From Camelus ferus (lineage: Eukaryota), in NCBI RefSeq assembly GCF_009834535.1, contig NC_045697.1, forward strand, positions 27,406,001 through 27,470,000: a stretch of DNA of 64,000 nucleotides. The letters run 5' to 3'. The notes beneath the pieces are model-generated. The model searched no databases. It saw nothing but the letters and a program-made list of their open reading frames with translations, and had not been told where the DNA came from. Shown one piece after another: positions 1-12,553 of this stretch; position 1 is the first letter of the stretch, and the number at the start of each line of letters is the position of its first letter. The translations under genes and the position numbers were made by a program.

Positions 1-1019
1 TGAAAGGGATGCTGCCCAGTTCAGGGCTTGGACTGGAGAGCCATGGCGGCAGCCGGGAGGGCCCTTCGGACCCCGGGGTCTCTGTTACTGTCTTGCACTG
101 CTGTTTTGTGGCATAAACCTTAATGATTTGGGGGCTACAACTTTATCAGGATAAAATGATGCTTTTCCACCCCAAGCTTCATAAGTATTATTTGAGTACT
201 AATTAAATACACGAAACCTACCCATCTATATTATAAATGTCTGTGTGATGGAAACGATGTCTTGACTCTTGATTCTTTCATAAGCACCTTAATGCTATGC
301 TGTCTCATCTTGAGCGTATTTTATCCGATTTTATATTGAAAACCTGTGTTTGCCTCATGTCTTAAGGCTACGGGGGTTGTCTTTTTTTTTTTTTTCTCCA
401 TCATCTTATGAGTGTTCAAGTTAATTTATTAGGAAGTTGGGCTCGTAAAGGAGGCACTGGCATTGATTGCACTCCGCGGTACCCTGGGGGCTTGGAAGCA
501 TGTGTTTGCTAAGTGTGTGCCCGGGGAATGCCCTACATTGTGTTGGTTGGAAGAACCATTCCACACCTGCTTCTGCAGCGGGCAGGTCATGTTGTCCTGC
601 ACTGACAAGGAAGCAGGCGGGCTGAGGAAGCGGGATAAAGGGGAGACGAGGTGACAGTCCACTTCTGAGTCCCAGCCCAGGACCCGGCTTATGAAAGACG
701 CCACATGGCAGCCCTGGCCAGTCGCCATGTAAATGACAGAGATGGCAGGTTCAGGCAAGTCCCTTGTTCTGGCCTCTGGGTATCTCCTCCCTCTGAAAAA
801 CAAAAATCTGAATTTTGCCAGTCCATCAGGACTGAAAACACCAGTTTATTCCATGAGGTCACAATAAAACCTTGTTACCTGTGCTTTCAAAACTTCTCCT
901 TTTTTCTTAACTTAATGACTTCTTTTTTAAGGAAATTTTACAACGGCCTCATAAAACATTAAGTCAGATCTGCTATACTGAAATGGAGTGGAGGGATAAT
1001 TTAGAACCACGTTTGCTCC

Positions 1020-1383
1020 AGCTGTGGACTGAATGTTTATGTCTCCCCTAAATTCGTATGTTGAAGCCCTGCTACCCCATGTGTTGTACATGGAGGTGGG
1101 GCCTCCTTGGGGAGGTAACTAGGTTTAGAAGAGGTCTTGAGGGTAGAGCCTCCATGATGGGATAAGCGCCTGCCTGCCTTGTAAGTAACAGGAGGAAGAG
1201 ACCAGAGTTCTGTCTCTGTCATATGAGGATACAGCAGGGAGGAGGCAGGCAGGGAAGAGGGCCTTCCCCACGCACCTGACAGGGCCTGCACCCTGATTTT
1301 GGACCCCCAGCCTCCAGAACTGTGAGAAATGAATGTTGTTAAGCCGCCAGGCGATGTGTGTTGTTGTAGCCCGAGCTAAGACA
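1020..1383 (+). mobile_element. MLT1A-type (ERVL-MaLR) solo LTR
   Basis: Begins gctgtggactgaatgtttatgtc, contains ccagcctccagaactgtgagaaat, ends gctaagaca. Near-TSD GCTCC (1015-19) / GCTCT (1384-88). Confidence 0.85.
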
Positions 1384-2244
1384 GCTCTGCTCCCCACCGC
1401 TCCTGGCCCCTGTGTGGACGTTGCAAACAGAGCATCAGAGGGTAGAGTCTGAAAGCCAGCCGGCGCTCCGTCATGCAGCCCTTCCCTCTGAGCGGGTCGC
1501 ACTCTGACCTGTAACACCCGGTGCTCTGCTCAGGGGTTTGAGGGTGAGGGTGTTGGCTTCTTCCTGGGCTTCTTTTCAGTCTGCCCAGCAGAACAGAAGC
1601 CTGGAGGGGCCCTGAGACTGAGCACACCTCGCTCATGGGGGTGGGGCTGGACCTGTCCTGCTGGGGGGAGGCGCCTGCCCAGGAGATACTGGAGGCTGCG
1701 AGATAAACAGATGAGCTGCTTTTGTGCAGATGGTTAGAAAAACACGGATTGAGAAATCATGATCTTAGCCTTTAGTAGTGTATTTTTCTGTTTGTGTTGG
1801 GTGACTCATTTGTCTATGTTTCTCACTGTTTATGTTCATATCTGGAAGTTTTCTGGAAGGAAATTTATTATCACTGTAATAATGTGGGTAGTGGATCTGG
1901 GTCACCAGGGAGGGGCACTTTCCGAATGCATTTCATAAGAAATGGTATTAATTTTAGTTCAAACAGTTGGCAGTGACAAAGATAACAAGATTTGGCTAGT
2001 GTTTGAAAAGCAAGATGTGTTACATTTAAAATTTTTATTTTAAAAGTCAGGTCTTCTGTAATGGATGGAGTTATTGCTCAATTAATTTGAAATAATTTAT
2101 TTAAAAGGTACCTCTGTTCCCCAGTGTTACATAATGTGAAACAACCAATTGAGGTAAACCTACAACCTGAAGCCAGTGACTGAAAAAAATACTGAATGCC
2201 CCAGGCTAAGGGTTTCATATTCCTGTAGTTAAAAACCCAGGTCA

Positions 2245-2365
2245 ATGGCCCCACCCCAGAGTTTGTCCAGTAGGTCTAAGGTGAGACCAAGTATTTGTAG
2301 TTCTAATGAGCGACTGGGCGATCCGGGTGCTGCTGGTCTGCAGGCCTCAAGTGAGAACTGCTTCC
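2245..2365. mobile_element. MER5-type hAT-Charlie MITE fragment
   Basis: ccccaccccagag...cagtaggtct...tgctgctggtctg...tgagaactgct resembles the MER5A consensus. Confidence 0.6.
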
Positions 2366-2781
2366 ATAGATGGAACTCATGGCATCGGTTCTGTTGGCAG
2401 TGACACCATGTGCTGCTGTGGGGACAGCTCGTCCTTGGCACCCACAGTGAGGTCCAGGCAGGGGGGCTCGACCAGCAGCAATCACAGTCAACAGTGTATG
2501 TAAGTGACCAATGTTGGATGGTCTGACACCTTTTAAAAAATCCATACAGATGAGACGAGAGCGCTAAGTGTAGGTAACAGTTGGGGCAAAACCCTGCAAG
2601 GTGATAGTGCTCACGGGCTCTCAAGAACACAACTTAATGGCTACTCATTTTTTTGTGTGTCTCCTCTAGAGCTTGTGTCAGGACATGATCTTGCTTAGCA
2701 CAGAGGCCCTTCCCTGACTGAAGTATTTCTTACCATCTGTGTGCCCTCCACCCCGACAATCTCTCAGGGGCATGTGGAACA

Positions 2782-2822
<41 letters not shown>
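2782..2822. repeat. (GC)n(AC)n microsatellite
   Basis: Read directly: tgcgcgcgcgc followed by (ac)15. Confidence 0.95.
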
Positions 2823-2824
<2 letters not shown>

Positions 2825-5814
2825 TCCTAAGGGCACATGGAACTACTTGAAACTCATCTTGAATGGATCATGATGTGTCATTTTAGTTTCTGCACCTCTC
2901 CAGGAGTGGCCCTCCCTCTCTGACCATCATTCTTCCTGGTCTTGCTGCAGGACCACTGCGCCGTCCCCTACCCCCACAGAAGGGTCAGACGAGGGTCACC
3001 TCACCCAGGGGTAGCTCTTCCATGACGCCCCCCGCACTTCGGCCGCCTGTGGGCCCTTGTCCTGCCACTTCTAACACTGACCTGTCATGGTGGCCTGCTC
3101 AGCTGTCTCCTCGGGGACAGAAGGGGTTTCATTTCATCATTGTTTTTGGGCTGAGGTAAATGGATGATTAACACATTATTTGTAACATTTCCTATAAAGC
3201 TTTGTGTATGTAAAGTTATGTTTCTCCGTAAACGTCAGGCACCTATGTATCTACACACAGGTAGATAGATGTAAAGTTTAGAAGCAGTTTTGTATAAATG
3301 TGAGAATGAAACTGTTGAGAAGAGCTGAGCACCTGGGGCCCCCGCCACTCGGCCTGGAGTTGTGTGGCGCACCAGGGCCTGGCCTGTCTCCTCCTGGTTC
3401 CCGCGTGTTTCCCTTGTCCCTCCCGCCCTCCCGCCCCTCGTCGCTTCTCTCCCTCTGCCTCACCTTGCCCACAGTGCTCCAGGCTGCGCAGGTCCCCTGC
3501 TTCTCTGAGCTGCTCTTCCTTCCCATCGGTGCGCAGGACAGTGATTGGCAGCCCCTGGGATGCTGCTCTCAGAACCTTGGAGGCTCGCCTGAGGTTTGCC
3601 ACGGTGCTGCGGGAGCAGAAAGGATCTGGCAGGGCAGGGGTGACAGGAGGAGCCTTCCCGGAGGGCGTGACTTTGGAGCTGAGCTTTGAAAGAGGAGGAA
3701 AGGGGTCAGCCCCACAAAGAAAAGCCGAAAGGGCATCCCAGCCGTTGAGAGAGCGGCTGGCCCTCTCCAGCGCTGGGAGCCTCTCGTGGTCACGGGCCCT
3801 GGACACACTCAGGCGGTGATCAGGGGCCTCCTGTTGTTGGGGGAGCCCCTGGGACAGCACTGCTGTTTTCTTCACAGACTACATGTCTGTGTTCCCCAGT
3901 GTTCTTCAGTAAACCAGTCTGTTTATCCGCAGCGCCGGTCTGGTTGTGAAGTCTAAGCAACACAGAGGTTTTGCCAGGTTTAGAATAAATAACGATTGTG
4001 ACAGGACGTCACGTGCCCCTGGCTGTACTGTTGTAAGTGCTCTCAAGGGTCTTCATTGGATCCCTGCACCAGAGCCGTGGGAGATGGGTGCTGCTGTGGG
4101 CTGTGATCTGTGGCCGAGGAGGCATGGAGGTCAAGGGGCAGGCGGGCTGCTCTGCTGGCTGGGAGGTGGCAGCGCCCATGTCATATGGCACCGTTCCCCC
4201 TGCAGTCATTCTCATCACCCTGAGGCACTGGGATGAGCCAGCCCAGGGCTGAGTTCTAATCTGGTGCCACCAGCAAATTAGCTCTGGGTCCCAGGCCTTT
4301 GCCACTGAGGCTGTCACTGCAGCCCTCGCTTACCACGTGGTGAGGTTGCGGTGTGTGCGTCCTGGTGAAGCACGCTGCCTGGCCCAGTCAGTGCCGGGAC
4401 CACTGGGGCAGAGGTGGGGGGTGAGCTAAGTTGTCTTCAGCCCTAAGTTTCTGTGTTCCTGTGAATGCTGCTGATCCCCCAGCAGCCGGAGGAAGGAATG
4501 AGAGTGAGCAACGGGTGTGGCCCTTGATGCAGAGGTCCTGCAGGGCTGCTGGTGGGGAGTCCCCGGGGGCCAGGCCCCGGTCCTGGAGGTACTCTTCACA
4601 CGCGTCTTGGTGGCACTGACCAGGGGCCTTTTGTGGTGGTGGTGCTTTTCCACCCCGAGGTGTCCCATAAAACTGCAGGAACCACACTTTGAGATCCAAG
4701 GTTATATGAATGGTAATAGGAGAGATCAAACTATGATGAGGATCAGCATTTCATATTCCGACTGAGGCTGAATGTTTATTCCTTTTCATAGTCTTACTGT
4801 GTTTAATCAAGAAACAAGAGCCCTGACCTTCAGCCCTCCCAAAACTACACTATCATCCCTCTTGCAGATGCAGAAACAGATGCCATTCATTTCAAAGGAT
4901 AATTTTATCCAGTGCACTAAATAAAAATTCATTTGACTACAGCATTTTCTCGGTTCTTTTCAAGCTAATGTAGGCCTTGACTTTCCTAGCCGGTCCCCCA
5001 CCACCCCCACCCCAGGGGGCCTTTGTGACCCTGCTCAGCTCTAGCTCTCGGAAGGGGGAGAAGCAGGGCACTGCCCAGGGCTGTGCACCTTCCTTCCGTC
5101 TTTCGGTGCCTCTTCCTGCTTCTCTTCCCAGGACTTACCACCGCTCTGCACCTTCCCTGCTGCTCCTCTCCCTGCGAGTCCACGACATCTTCATAGAGCC
5201 TTGGAAACTCACCCCAAACGGCTCATTTGGGAAGGCACAGGGATAAAGATCTGTGGGGCTTTCGCTTCTGTTTTTAGTTTCAGCATTTCTCGGCTGTTTC
5301 TTAAAAAAAAAATTGTATGCCCACCTCCCTCTCCCCCCTCCACTGCACCCATCTCAGGCAGAGTTAGGTGCTCTGTTCTGTCTTCAGAGCTCCCCCACAA
5401 CCCCTCCCAGCACTTTTTCACATTGTTTTGTAATAGCCCTTCCTCTGTTGGGTCCACTAAGCTCTGCATTCCCCGGTGGCCGGAACACCTTTCCAGTACT
5501 AAAGCATGCATAAAGGAAAGAAGTTTTCCTTTTAAAACCCCAAATCTTCCATGATTCCCACTAACTAATACACAAGTGAACCAGGCAGCCAGTGCTCTCT
5601 GTGTCTGGGTGCCACCACTCTTCTCCGTCTCCATGCGCACACCGTCCAGCCATCAGCCAGACGGGGCTGTTGCGTGATTACTTGAGAGTCCGCCGTGCAC
5701 CTTGCTTGTGCCGCTCCGTTTACTGGAACGGCCACTGTCACTTCCACTCACCCGTATTTTACTTGTCCTTCAAGAACCACCACCACTTCCAGAAGCCTGA
5801 TGCTTGTAGGAGGA

Positions 5815-6020
5815 AAAATGATAGCGGACATTTATTTGAATGCCTGCTATGTGCCAGGCTGGGTTTCCCCCACACATTTGCCTCTGTAATGCTCACGGGA
5901 CTCCTCTGAGGTGGGCACGCAGATGCACGTTTGGCAGATGAGGAAACAGGTGAAAGTAATCAAACCACCTGCTTGAGGGTAAGAAGGTAGATTGGCGGGC
6001 GGCTGGGGTTTGACACAGGC
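5815..6020 (-). mobile_element. MIR SINE fragment
   Basis: catttatttgaatgcctgctatgtgccagg...cagatgaggaaacagg core. Confidence 0.65.
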
Positions 6021-6202
6021 CCGTGTCCTTGACCTGAATCACAGGAGGAGTTCGTTTTCTTCCCTGAGCTCCTAGAACACTTCCTTTGTATTTCTCAGCA
6101 GTCGTGTACCCCTCTTACTCACCCTGTTGAAATTTGAGGGACTGTGTCATGTTCATATCTGGATTTCTGGCAGCAGGTGGCAAAAAGTTAAGAATATTTC
6201 TT

Positions 6203-6340
6203 CTTAGTATCTGCAAATCTTATGGTGAAAAAGAATATGAAAACAAGTATATGTATGTTCCCATATGACTGAAGCATTGGGCTGTACACCAGAAGCCGAC
6301 ACAACATTGTAAACTGACTATACTTCAGTAAATATATATA
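6203..6340 (+). mobile_element. Heavily 5'-truncated lineage-specific L1 3' end with 13-bp TSD
   Basis: tatggtgaaaaagaatatgaaaac...gctgtacaccagaa...cacaacattgtaaactgactatacttca. Exact direct repeat AAGAATATTTCTT at 6190-6202 and 6341-6353, in a TT/AAGA endonuclease context. Confidence 0.85.
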
Positions 6341-8325
6341 AAGAATATTTCTTTTTAACAAATGAATATTATTTAAAGATTCTATTTTCCTATAACTGGA
6401 CCATCGTATAATGCAACTGTAGAAAAATGGCAAGGTTCTTTTTGTTTGTTTGTTTCTCCAAACATCCAAAGAAGTCAGGGTAGGGTGTAGCGCCATCTTG
6501 GGTAAATGAATTCATTTGTTCGTGACTTTTCCATGTGCGCCTGCTGTTTGCCAGGCACAGGGCGCTCTCCTATTCTCCTGGCATCTGTGCTCTGTTGTGT
6601 AGAGGTGGAGTTGTTGGCGCTTTGTAAACAGTTTGACGGCATTCATTTGAGGACTGCCTGTTTCTTAAATCTACACATTCATTTCATTTTGTTTTTTTAA
6701 GAAATTTTCTTCAGCTGTTGGTAACAGCAGATGCTGCAGATGTTAATCCCTGTTGTTGTTAACTTTTCTCCAGAGATTTAATGTTCAGTTTTAGTTGTTG
6801 TTTCCAAGGTCTGTTCATTGTTAAAACAGAGGTTTCAGAATAACTGGAATTTTAAACATTTTCTTGTTCTTTTGGCATGGGAGATGAGGATTTTTTCTAG
6901 AGGGATGGAGAGAGCTATAAAATCCTCTATTGTGGGATAACAGAAAAATATGGAGAATAAGGGTTTTTCTCTTCATTTTCTTCCTGGGGTAGCTCTTTCT
7001 TACAGGGCACTTAGTGTGTGAGTTTCTGTCCTGTCTTGAAGGGGAGGAGAGCTGCAGTTCAGACCTGGTATGAGTCTGTGTCCCAGGCTTTGCAGGGCAG
7101 GAAGCTGGGCCAGCGTGAGGCTGTGTGCACGTTCCTTTGCTCCTGCCCTGTAGCACCAGTGATGCGATGTCACGTTCTTCCCCACGTGTCTGTGTGCAGA
7201 GAGACGAGGATGCAGCATGGAGCGACTGGAGAACAGTGTGACATCTGAAGTATTGACGCAGCAGCGTAGATTGTGTTTATGACTCTGTTGAGAAGGTCAC
7301 AGCAGTGATTTAAGTGGAAGCAGTTGTCTCATAGGGCCCCTGAGTTATGGCTGGCTTTAGAATTCTTAGAACCCACAGAAGGCTGTTGTCTCTGAAAGTG
7401 TACATAATTTAAGCATTCTGCAGCCCGTCATTACAGGAGATATCGGAATAGTAAAAGCCCATCCCAGACTGGCCTCTTACTGCAGTCCTTTGGCTTCGTG
7501 GCTTTGTAGGCTTTATAAAGATGTCTGTCAGTGCCTGTGGTCCCCACAGTTGGGGCAGTCGGAAGTGAATGTCATTTCTCACATTTTGCCCCAAGGGACT
7601 GGAACCCAAAAGGTGTACATGTTTACAGAGTTTTACAAAGAGGGACAACCAAGCTGGCCTGGGCCTCAGCCGTGCTCTTTTCCCCGAGCCTCTGTGTGCA
7701 GCCTCTCGGCAAAGCTGAAAGTTGAGGAAAGAAGTCAGATCCCTGCTGCTGTTCTGGGGAATATTAGGAACGTCGCTGTCTTTCTTAGACCACCTAGCAC
7801 TTCACATCCAGGGGCCGTGTAAGGGGCTCAGCAAATACTGGTGTGAATGGCTTAGGAATGATCCAAGTCAAAATGATGCACATATTTATTGTTAGAACAG
7901 GGTTCTCAGCCCACAGTCATCCAACATTTTCACGTTGTTATCCTCACCCTGCCATCCCACTCACCCCCCTGTGTCAGACTGCACCCCAAACACACACGCG
8001 CATGCACACGTGAGAAAGGACCGATCACAAAGTGATGGCCTTGTCTCAAATCTGGATCTTTCTTCAGTTCTCTTGGGTTGATTTAGCCAGGGCCAAATTT
8101 AGAATAAACATTTAACTATCCCCCTTTGGTAAATTACTAAATTACTTTGTAACTAGGCTAATCTTAACATGAACAAAAGAAAGTATATTTTAAAAAATTG
8201 TTGTTAGTTATAGACTATAGCATCAGTAATTGTTACAACATAAAATACATTTGGGTGAAGGGGATGTATTTTTACCCCTTCCTGGGGTCTAGGAGAGAGC
8301 AAGTGATGGGTAGTTTACTCTAATT

Positions 8326-8538
8326 GGGGTTCTCACTGGGGGTGATCTCGTCCCCCGTCTCCCTAGGAGACGTGTAGCGCTGTCTAGGGATTTTTGGTTG
8401 TCACTGCTGGGGTGAGTGGATGCTGCTGTCATGGGGTAGGGATGCTGATAAACACTCTCCAATGCACAGAACGGTCCCCCGTGACAAAGAATTATCCAGC
8501 CCTAAGTGTCCATAGTCCTGAGGTTAAGAAACCTTGCT
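8326..8538. mobile_element. MER20 hAT-Charlie MITE
   Basis: ggttctcactgggggtgat...tttttggttgtcac...ggatgctgataaaca...aatgcacagaac...gaggttaagaaacc. Confidence 0.8.
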
Positions 8539-8834
8539 TAAAATGTTAGGTTAATTTGCTGAGCTTTGCAGGGGAGATTAGCTTTTATTTAGTTAATTCA
8601 GAAGTGAAGTTAACACTAGCGCTGATAATCCTTTGTGTTCTGCACTTGGCCTTGGTATCCTGACCAAGGTCGGGAGAAGCTCTGACCACTTGTAAAGGCT
8701 TAAATCCAGGTGGCTGACAGCAGCTCTTAAACGGTGTTCTAGTGGTAACAGCAAAGGAAAATAAAGAGCTGACATGATGATAAGTGTGTAGGGGTACCTA
8801 AGGGAGTGAGGAGTGAAAATGTAGTGTGGAGCCT

Positions 8835-8995
8835 GCTGTTGAAAGTGTGCTTTGAGACCAGCAGTGGTGGCATTACCTGGGAACCTGATAGAAATGCAGA
8901 CTCTCAGGCTCCCCTCAGACAGACTGAGTCAAAATCTGCATTTTAGCAAGGTACCCACATTATGTGTGTGCATCTAGAAGTTAGAGGAGCACTGG
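8835..8995. mobile_element. MER5A MITE
   Basis: gaccagcag...cattacctgggaacctgatagaaatgcagactctcagg...aatctgcattttagcaag. Confidence 0.75.
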
Positions 8996-10059
8996 GTAGA
9001 CATTTCTTACTTTAGAGGAGAATGCACCTTGGTTCAGATCGTGGCTCTGACCCCTACAAGCCATGTCACCTTGACCATGTTACGAAACTGCACTGCACCA
9101 TGGTTACTTTAGCTGTAGAAAGGAGATAGTTTCTCATATCTCATGAGGTGGTTGCCACAGACAGACTTTTCTGTGCCGAGGACTCATCACATGGTAAAGG
9201 CTCAACAGACTGAGCTGTGATTGACAACAAGAAAAAGAAGGCAAGAGTAGAGAACCCTAGGCAGGCAGTTTATGTCTTAAACTTCACGGTCGCGCGGTCG
9301 TCATCACCAAACAGTGCTTGTACTCTTGGCAGGTCTAATTTCTCCAGATAGGAAAATAACAGAAACTGGAGCTTCATAAGCATCTGTAGACTGTGGTCCT
9401 TGTCAGCAACCCAGTTGCCAGAGAGTAAGTGGACCAGGGGACCAAACAGCCTAAACTCCTGGCCGTGCTCCGTCCACACAGGAGGCGCGCCTGCACTGTT
9501 CTCATCATTACTCCGGAATCTGAAAGTTCACGTAGTAGGAATTCTCAGGACACACAGGCATAGAGGAAGGATGTGGTTTGAGGAAGGAGACTATGGAGAG
9601 ATGAGCCCATCTTATGGGTGAGGTTTAAGAAGGGGGAAAGAATCTCCAGATTAACCCTAATGCTGTTGACCTGCTGGTCCCTGGGTTCCTTCTGTGTCCA
9701 CGTGAAAGTGTGCAGAAATTGCTGCTCTAACCACGGCTCTAGCGCTGACCACGTCAGCCTGGACGTCTCACAGGAGGGAATGTAAATACTTCCAACATGA
9801 GATAAAGCAGAACTTGAATCATGAGTACAGGGCCCAGCAGAATTTCAACAGTCAAGATGGCGAAAGAAAAAAACAAAAAGGAAAGGAAAGGGCTCAAATG
9901 GAAGAGTTTAAGCTGCAGAGTTAAGATTAGATAAGCATACGGACTAAAACTCTTTGTGAAAAGGGATGAATTTAAACTATATCATGTTCAATAATGAGTG
10001 ATCCTAAGTATACAGGTTGTCAGAAGGGTGATTCGTCTTCTGTTTTGCAAGAGAACATT

Positions 10060-10184
10060 AAATTTTTTTGTGTGTAAGGGGAGGTAATTAGGTTTATTTA
10101 TTTTTAGAGGAGGTACTGGAGATTAAACCCAGGACCTCGTGCATGCTAAGCACGCACTCTATCACTGAGCTATACCCTCCTGCC
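10060..10184 (-). mobile_element. Camelid tRNA-derived SINE (Vic-1-like)
   Basis: Reverse complement reads ggagggtatagctcagtgatagagtgcgtgcttagcatgcacgaggtcctgggtttaatctccagtacctcc...aataaacctaattacctcccc, then an A-rich tail. Flanking repeat AGAACATT at 10052-59 and 10186-93. Confidence 0.85.
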
Positions 10185-10509
10185 AAGAACATTTTTCAGT
10201 CTTTAATTTAAATCAGAACAGATTTGCATTATTTTTCTTTAATTTTTTGATTATGAAAATCTTTACTGTCACAAATTTAGAAAATACCGGAAACACAAAA
10301 AAGAACAGCAAGTACACCAAACCCAGCACCTACCTTTCTCTTCCTACAGTTGTTTATCAAGCACCTGCTGGGTGCCAGGGATGGCTTGGTGCTGGGCGAG
10401 CCCTCGTTGACAGGGGATTCTAGCCTTCTCAGAGCTTGCAGTGTTCAGTGGCTAAATCTTGATGTGTTTCCCTCCGGTGTTTTTTTCTGTGCCCTTTAGT
10501 GAATATGTG

Positions 10510-10780
10510 ATAGCAAATGATAAGAGCCAACATTCGCTGTGTTCCTGCTGTTGGTTGGACCCTGTTTTAGGTGGTTCGTATGACATGGGTTAAGTAACTT
10601 GATCCCTATAACACCACTGTGAGGGGGGTGCTGTTATTCCCACTTGACAGATTGGGAAACTGAGGCCCAAAGAGGTTAAGAAACTTGCTAAAGATCACGA
10701 AATCAATAAATGAGGAGTCTTGATTAAAACCCAGGCAGCCTAGCCCCAGGCTCGTTAATCACTAAACTGTACTGCCTCTC
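10510..10780 (-). mobile_element. MIR SINE, near full length
   Basis: ttattcccacttgacagattgggaaactgaggcccaaagaggttaagaaacttgctaaagatcac. Confidence 0.85.
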
Positions 10781-11554
10781 ATAACATTTATAATTGAGAC
10801 CATACTATATAGACAGTTTTGATTCCTGCTTTTTATATTGACCATTGCACATGAGCATCCTCCCATATTGTGCATAGTCTATTATTTCTTACCTCCAAAA
10901 AAGTAGGATTTTAATTTATTCATTTGATAAGCTCATAATGAAATAAGCATAAATAGAAATGAGATGATACGCATTTAAATGCCTAAAAAGGTCGTAAGGC
11001 GTTCTTAATGGCTTATTATCCTTTTTTTTTTATATCCTGTATTTTTAAGAGGAGTTAAGATAGACAAGTTACTTTAGGAAATTGAACATTTTGTGGCTTG
11101 TGCTTAATTCATAGTGGGAAAGCAACCCCAACTTGAGGGAAGAATAATGAACAGTCAGTGGTAAAGACTGTCTGCAAATTAATCATAACATGTTAGTGTG
11201 TGGGAGCTATTGAGTGGGAGAGATTGTGTGTTGTCCTATGGTGGCTGTGAGACTCAAGTTGCGTGTGACGGGCTTTTCATGGCCCATGTGAAGAATGCGT
11301 TGTGCCAGGTGAGGTCCACTTGTGTGGGAACTTCCGCTGCCCCCAAAGCTAGTTCCGCAGTGAACCAGTGGGGTGTTCCCTGTGCATGTCCAAAAGGCAC
11401 TGGAGAGTTACAGCAACACTGTGCACCAGCAACGTGGTGTCTGTGGTCAGGAAAGGTGCACAGGCTTGAGCTGTAGAGGTTTTAGCTAATCAATAGAAAT
11501 TTGAAAATCGACGGTGTCGGAGACATTTGGGTTGTAGGGGTGTCTGCAGAAAGA

Positions 11555-12075
11555 ATAGGCTTCAGACTCAGGTGGACATAGGTTGGAATCCCAGCACAGC
11601 TGCTTATTGAGTGTCTCACCCTGGGCAGCCTGCTTTGCTTCTCTGAGCCCTAGTTGCCTCTTCAGGCTAATACTTGCTTTCTGGAGTTGGCATCAGGATG
11701 AAATGATTCTGTCCGTATACAACACCTGGCATGGTGCCCAGCACTTGGTAGAGGATCTGATAATGGTCACCATTATTAATGGCTATTAAATAAGTTTTAA
11801 TCTTCTCCTAAAACACATAGCCTTATAGCACAGTTGTTGAGAATGTACATGAAGCCAGACCGCTCGGGTCCCAGCCCTGGCTCTGTGACTTCTAGCCGTG
11901 TGGCTCCAGGCGCGGCGCTGAGACACTGGTGCTGCAGTCTGCTTCTCTTTACAGCTGAATAGCTGCAGTACCTACATCTTAGCATGGTTGAGTGTTAAAT
12001 TATTATACGTAAAGCCCTCAGAACAGTCTGGTACAGAGTGAGCACTGTATGAACATTTGCTGTTGTTATCAATAA
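11555..12075 (+). mobile_element. Two adjacent MIR copies (about 11555-11790 and 11825-12075)
   Basis: ggttggaatcccagc...cctgggc...cttctctgagcc, and tatagcacagttgttgagaa...gccagac...cagaacagtctggtacagagtgagcact. Confidence 0.7.
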
Positions 12076-12367
12076 TACAGTCATTAACTCAGAAGAAGAT
12101 AAAAACATTGTACCTTAAAAAGTAGCTGTCCTTGACCATTTCCTCAGTTGCTACTGCTTTTGCTTACTATTTGACGTATAATTTGTTTGATTTATTTGTT
12201 TTGTGGCTCAGGCATAGTTTCTCAATGCATATTAAAACTTCAATTTTAAATTTGGTGCTATCATAATGTGGTATCTGAATGAGCAGAATTTTCTGACTTG
12301 GCACTATGTATAAATATAAATTTTAATTGAAAAATGACCATTCAGAAATGCCCTTTTTCCTCCCCAG

Positions 12368-12553
12368 ATTATTCAGAGCTGGGAGAGCTTCCCCCACGAT
12401 CTCCTCTTGAGCCAGTTTGTGAAGATGGACCCTTTGGCCCCGTCCCAGAAGAAAAGAAAAGGACGTCTCGTGAACTTCGAGAGCTGTGGCAAAAGGCCAT
12501 TCTGCAACAGATATTGCTCCTCAGGATGGAGAAGGAAAATCAGAAGCTGCAAG
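12368..12553 (+). CDS. TBC1D1: TBC1D1 coding exon (186 nt; equivalent to about human exon 13), DYSELGELPPRSPLEPVCEDGPFGP...RMEKENQKLQ
   Basis: Acceptor ttttcctccccAG (12366-67), donor G|GTTGGT (12554). Translation matches TBC1D1 upstream of the TBC domain as I recall it. Phase 1/1. Confidence 0.96.

Noticed and set aside
3243..3875. Overlapping ORFs of 130-210 aa on both strands
   Set aside because: GC-rich, stop-poor intronic DNA. Peptides are low-information and resemble no family I know.
6491..9862. Two YY1-like CAAGATGGCG cores (6491-6500 minus, 9853-62 plus)
   Set aside because: Isolated motifs with no promoter context. Cannot be distinguished from chance.
10105..10184. tRNA-like sequence on the minus strand
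   Set aside because: It is the head of a SINE with tail and TSD, and its B box is degenerate. Not a tRNA gene.
1..12367. Additional upstream TBC1D1 exons, including the muscle-specific insert
   Set aside because: I found no segment encoding the expected preceding peptide (RRHSWRQQIFLRV). It probably lies 5' of the window, but a small exon could be missed by eye.
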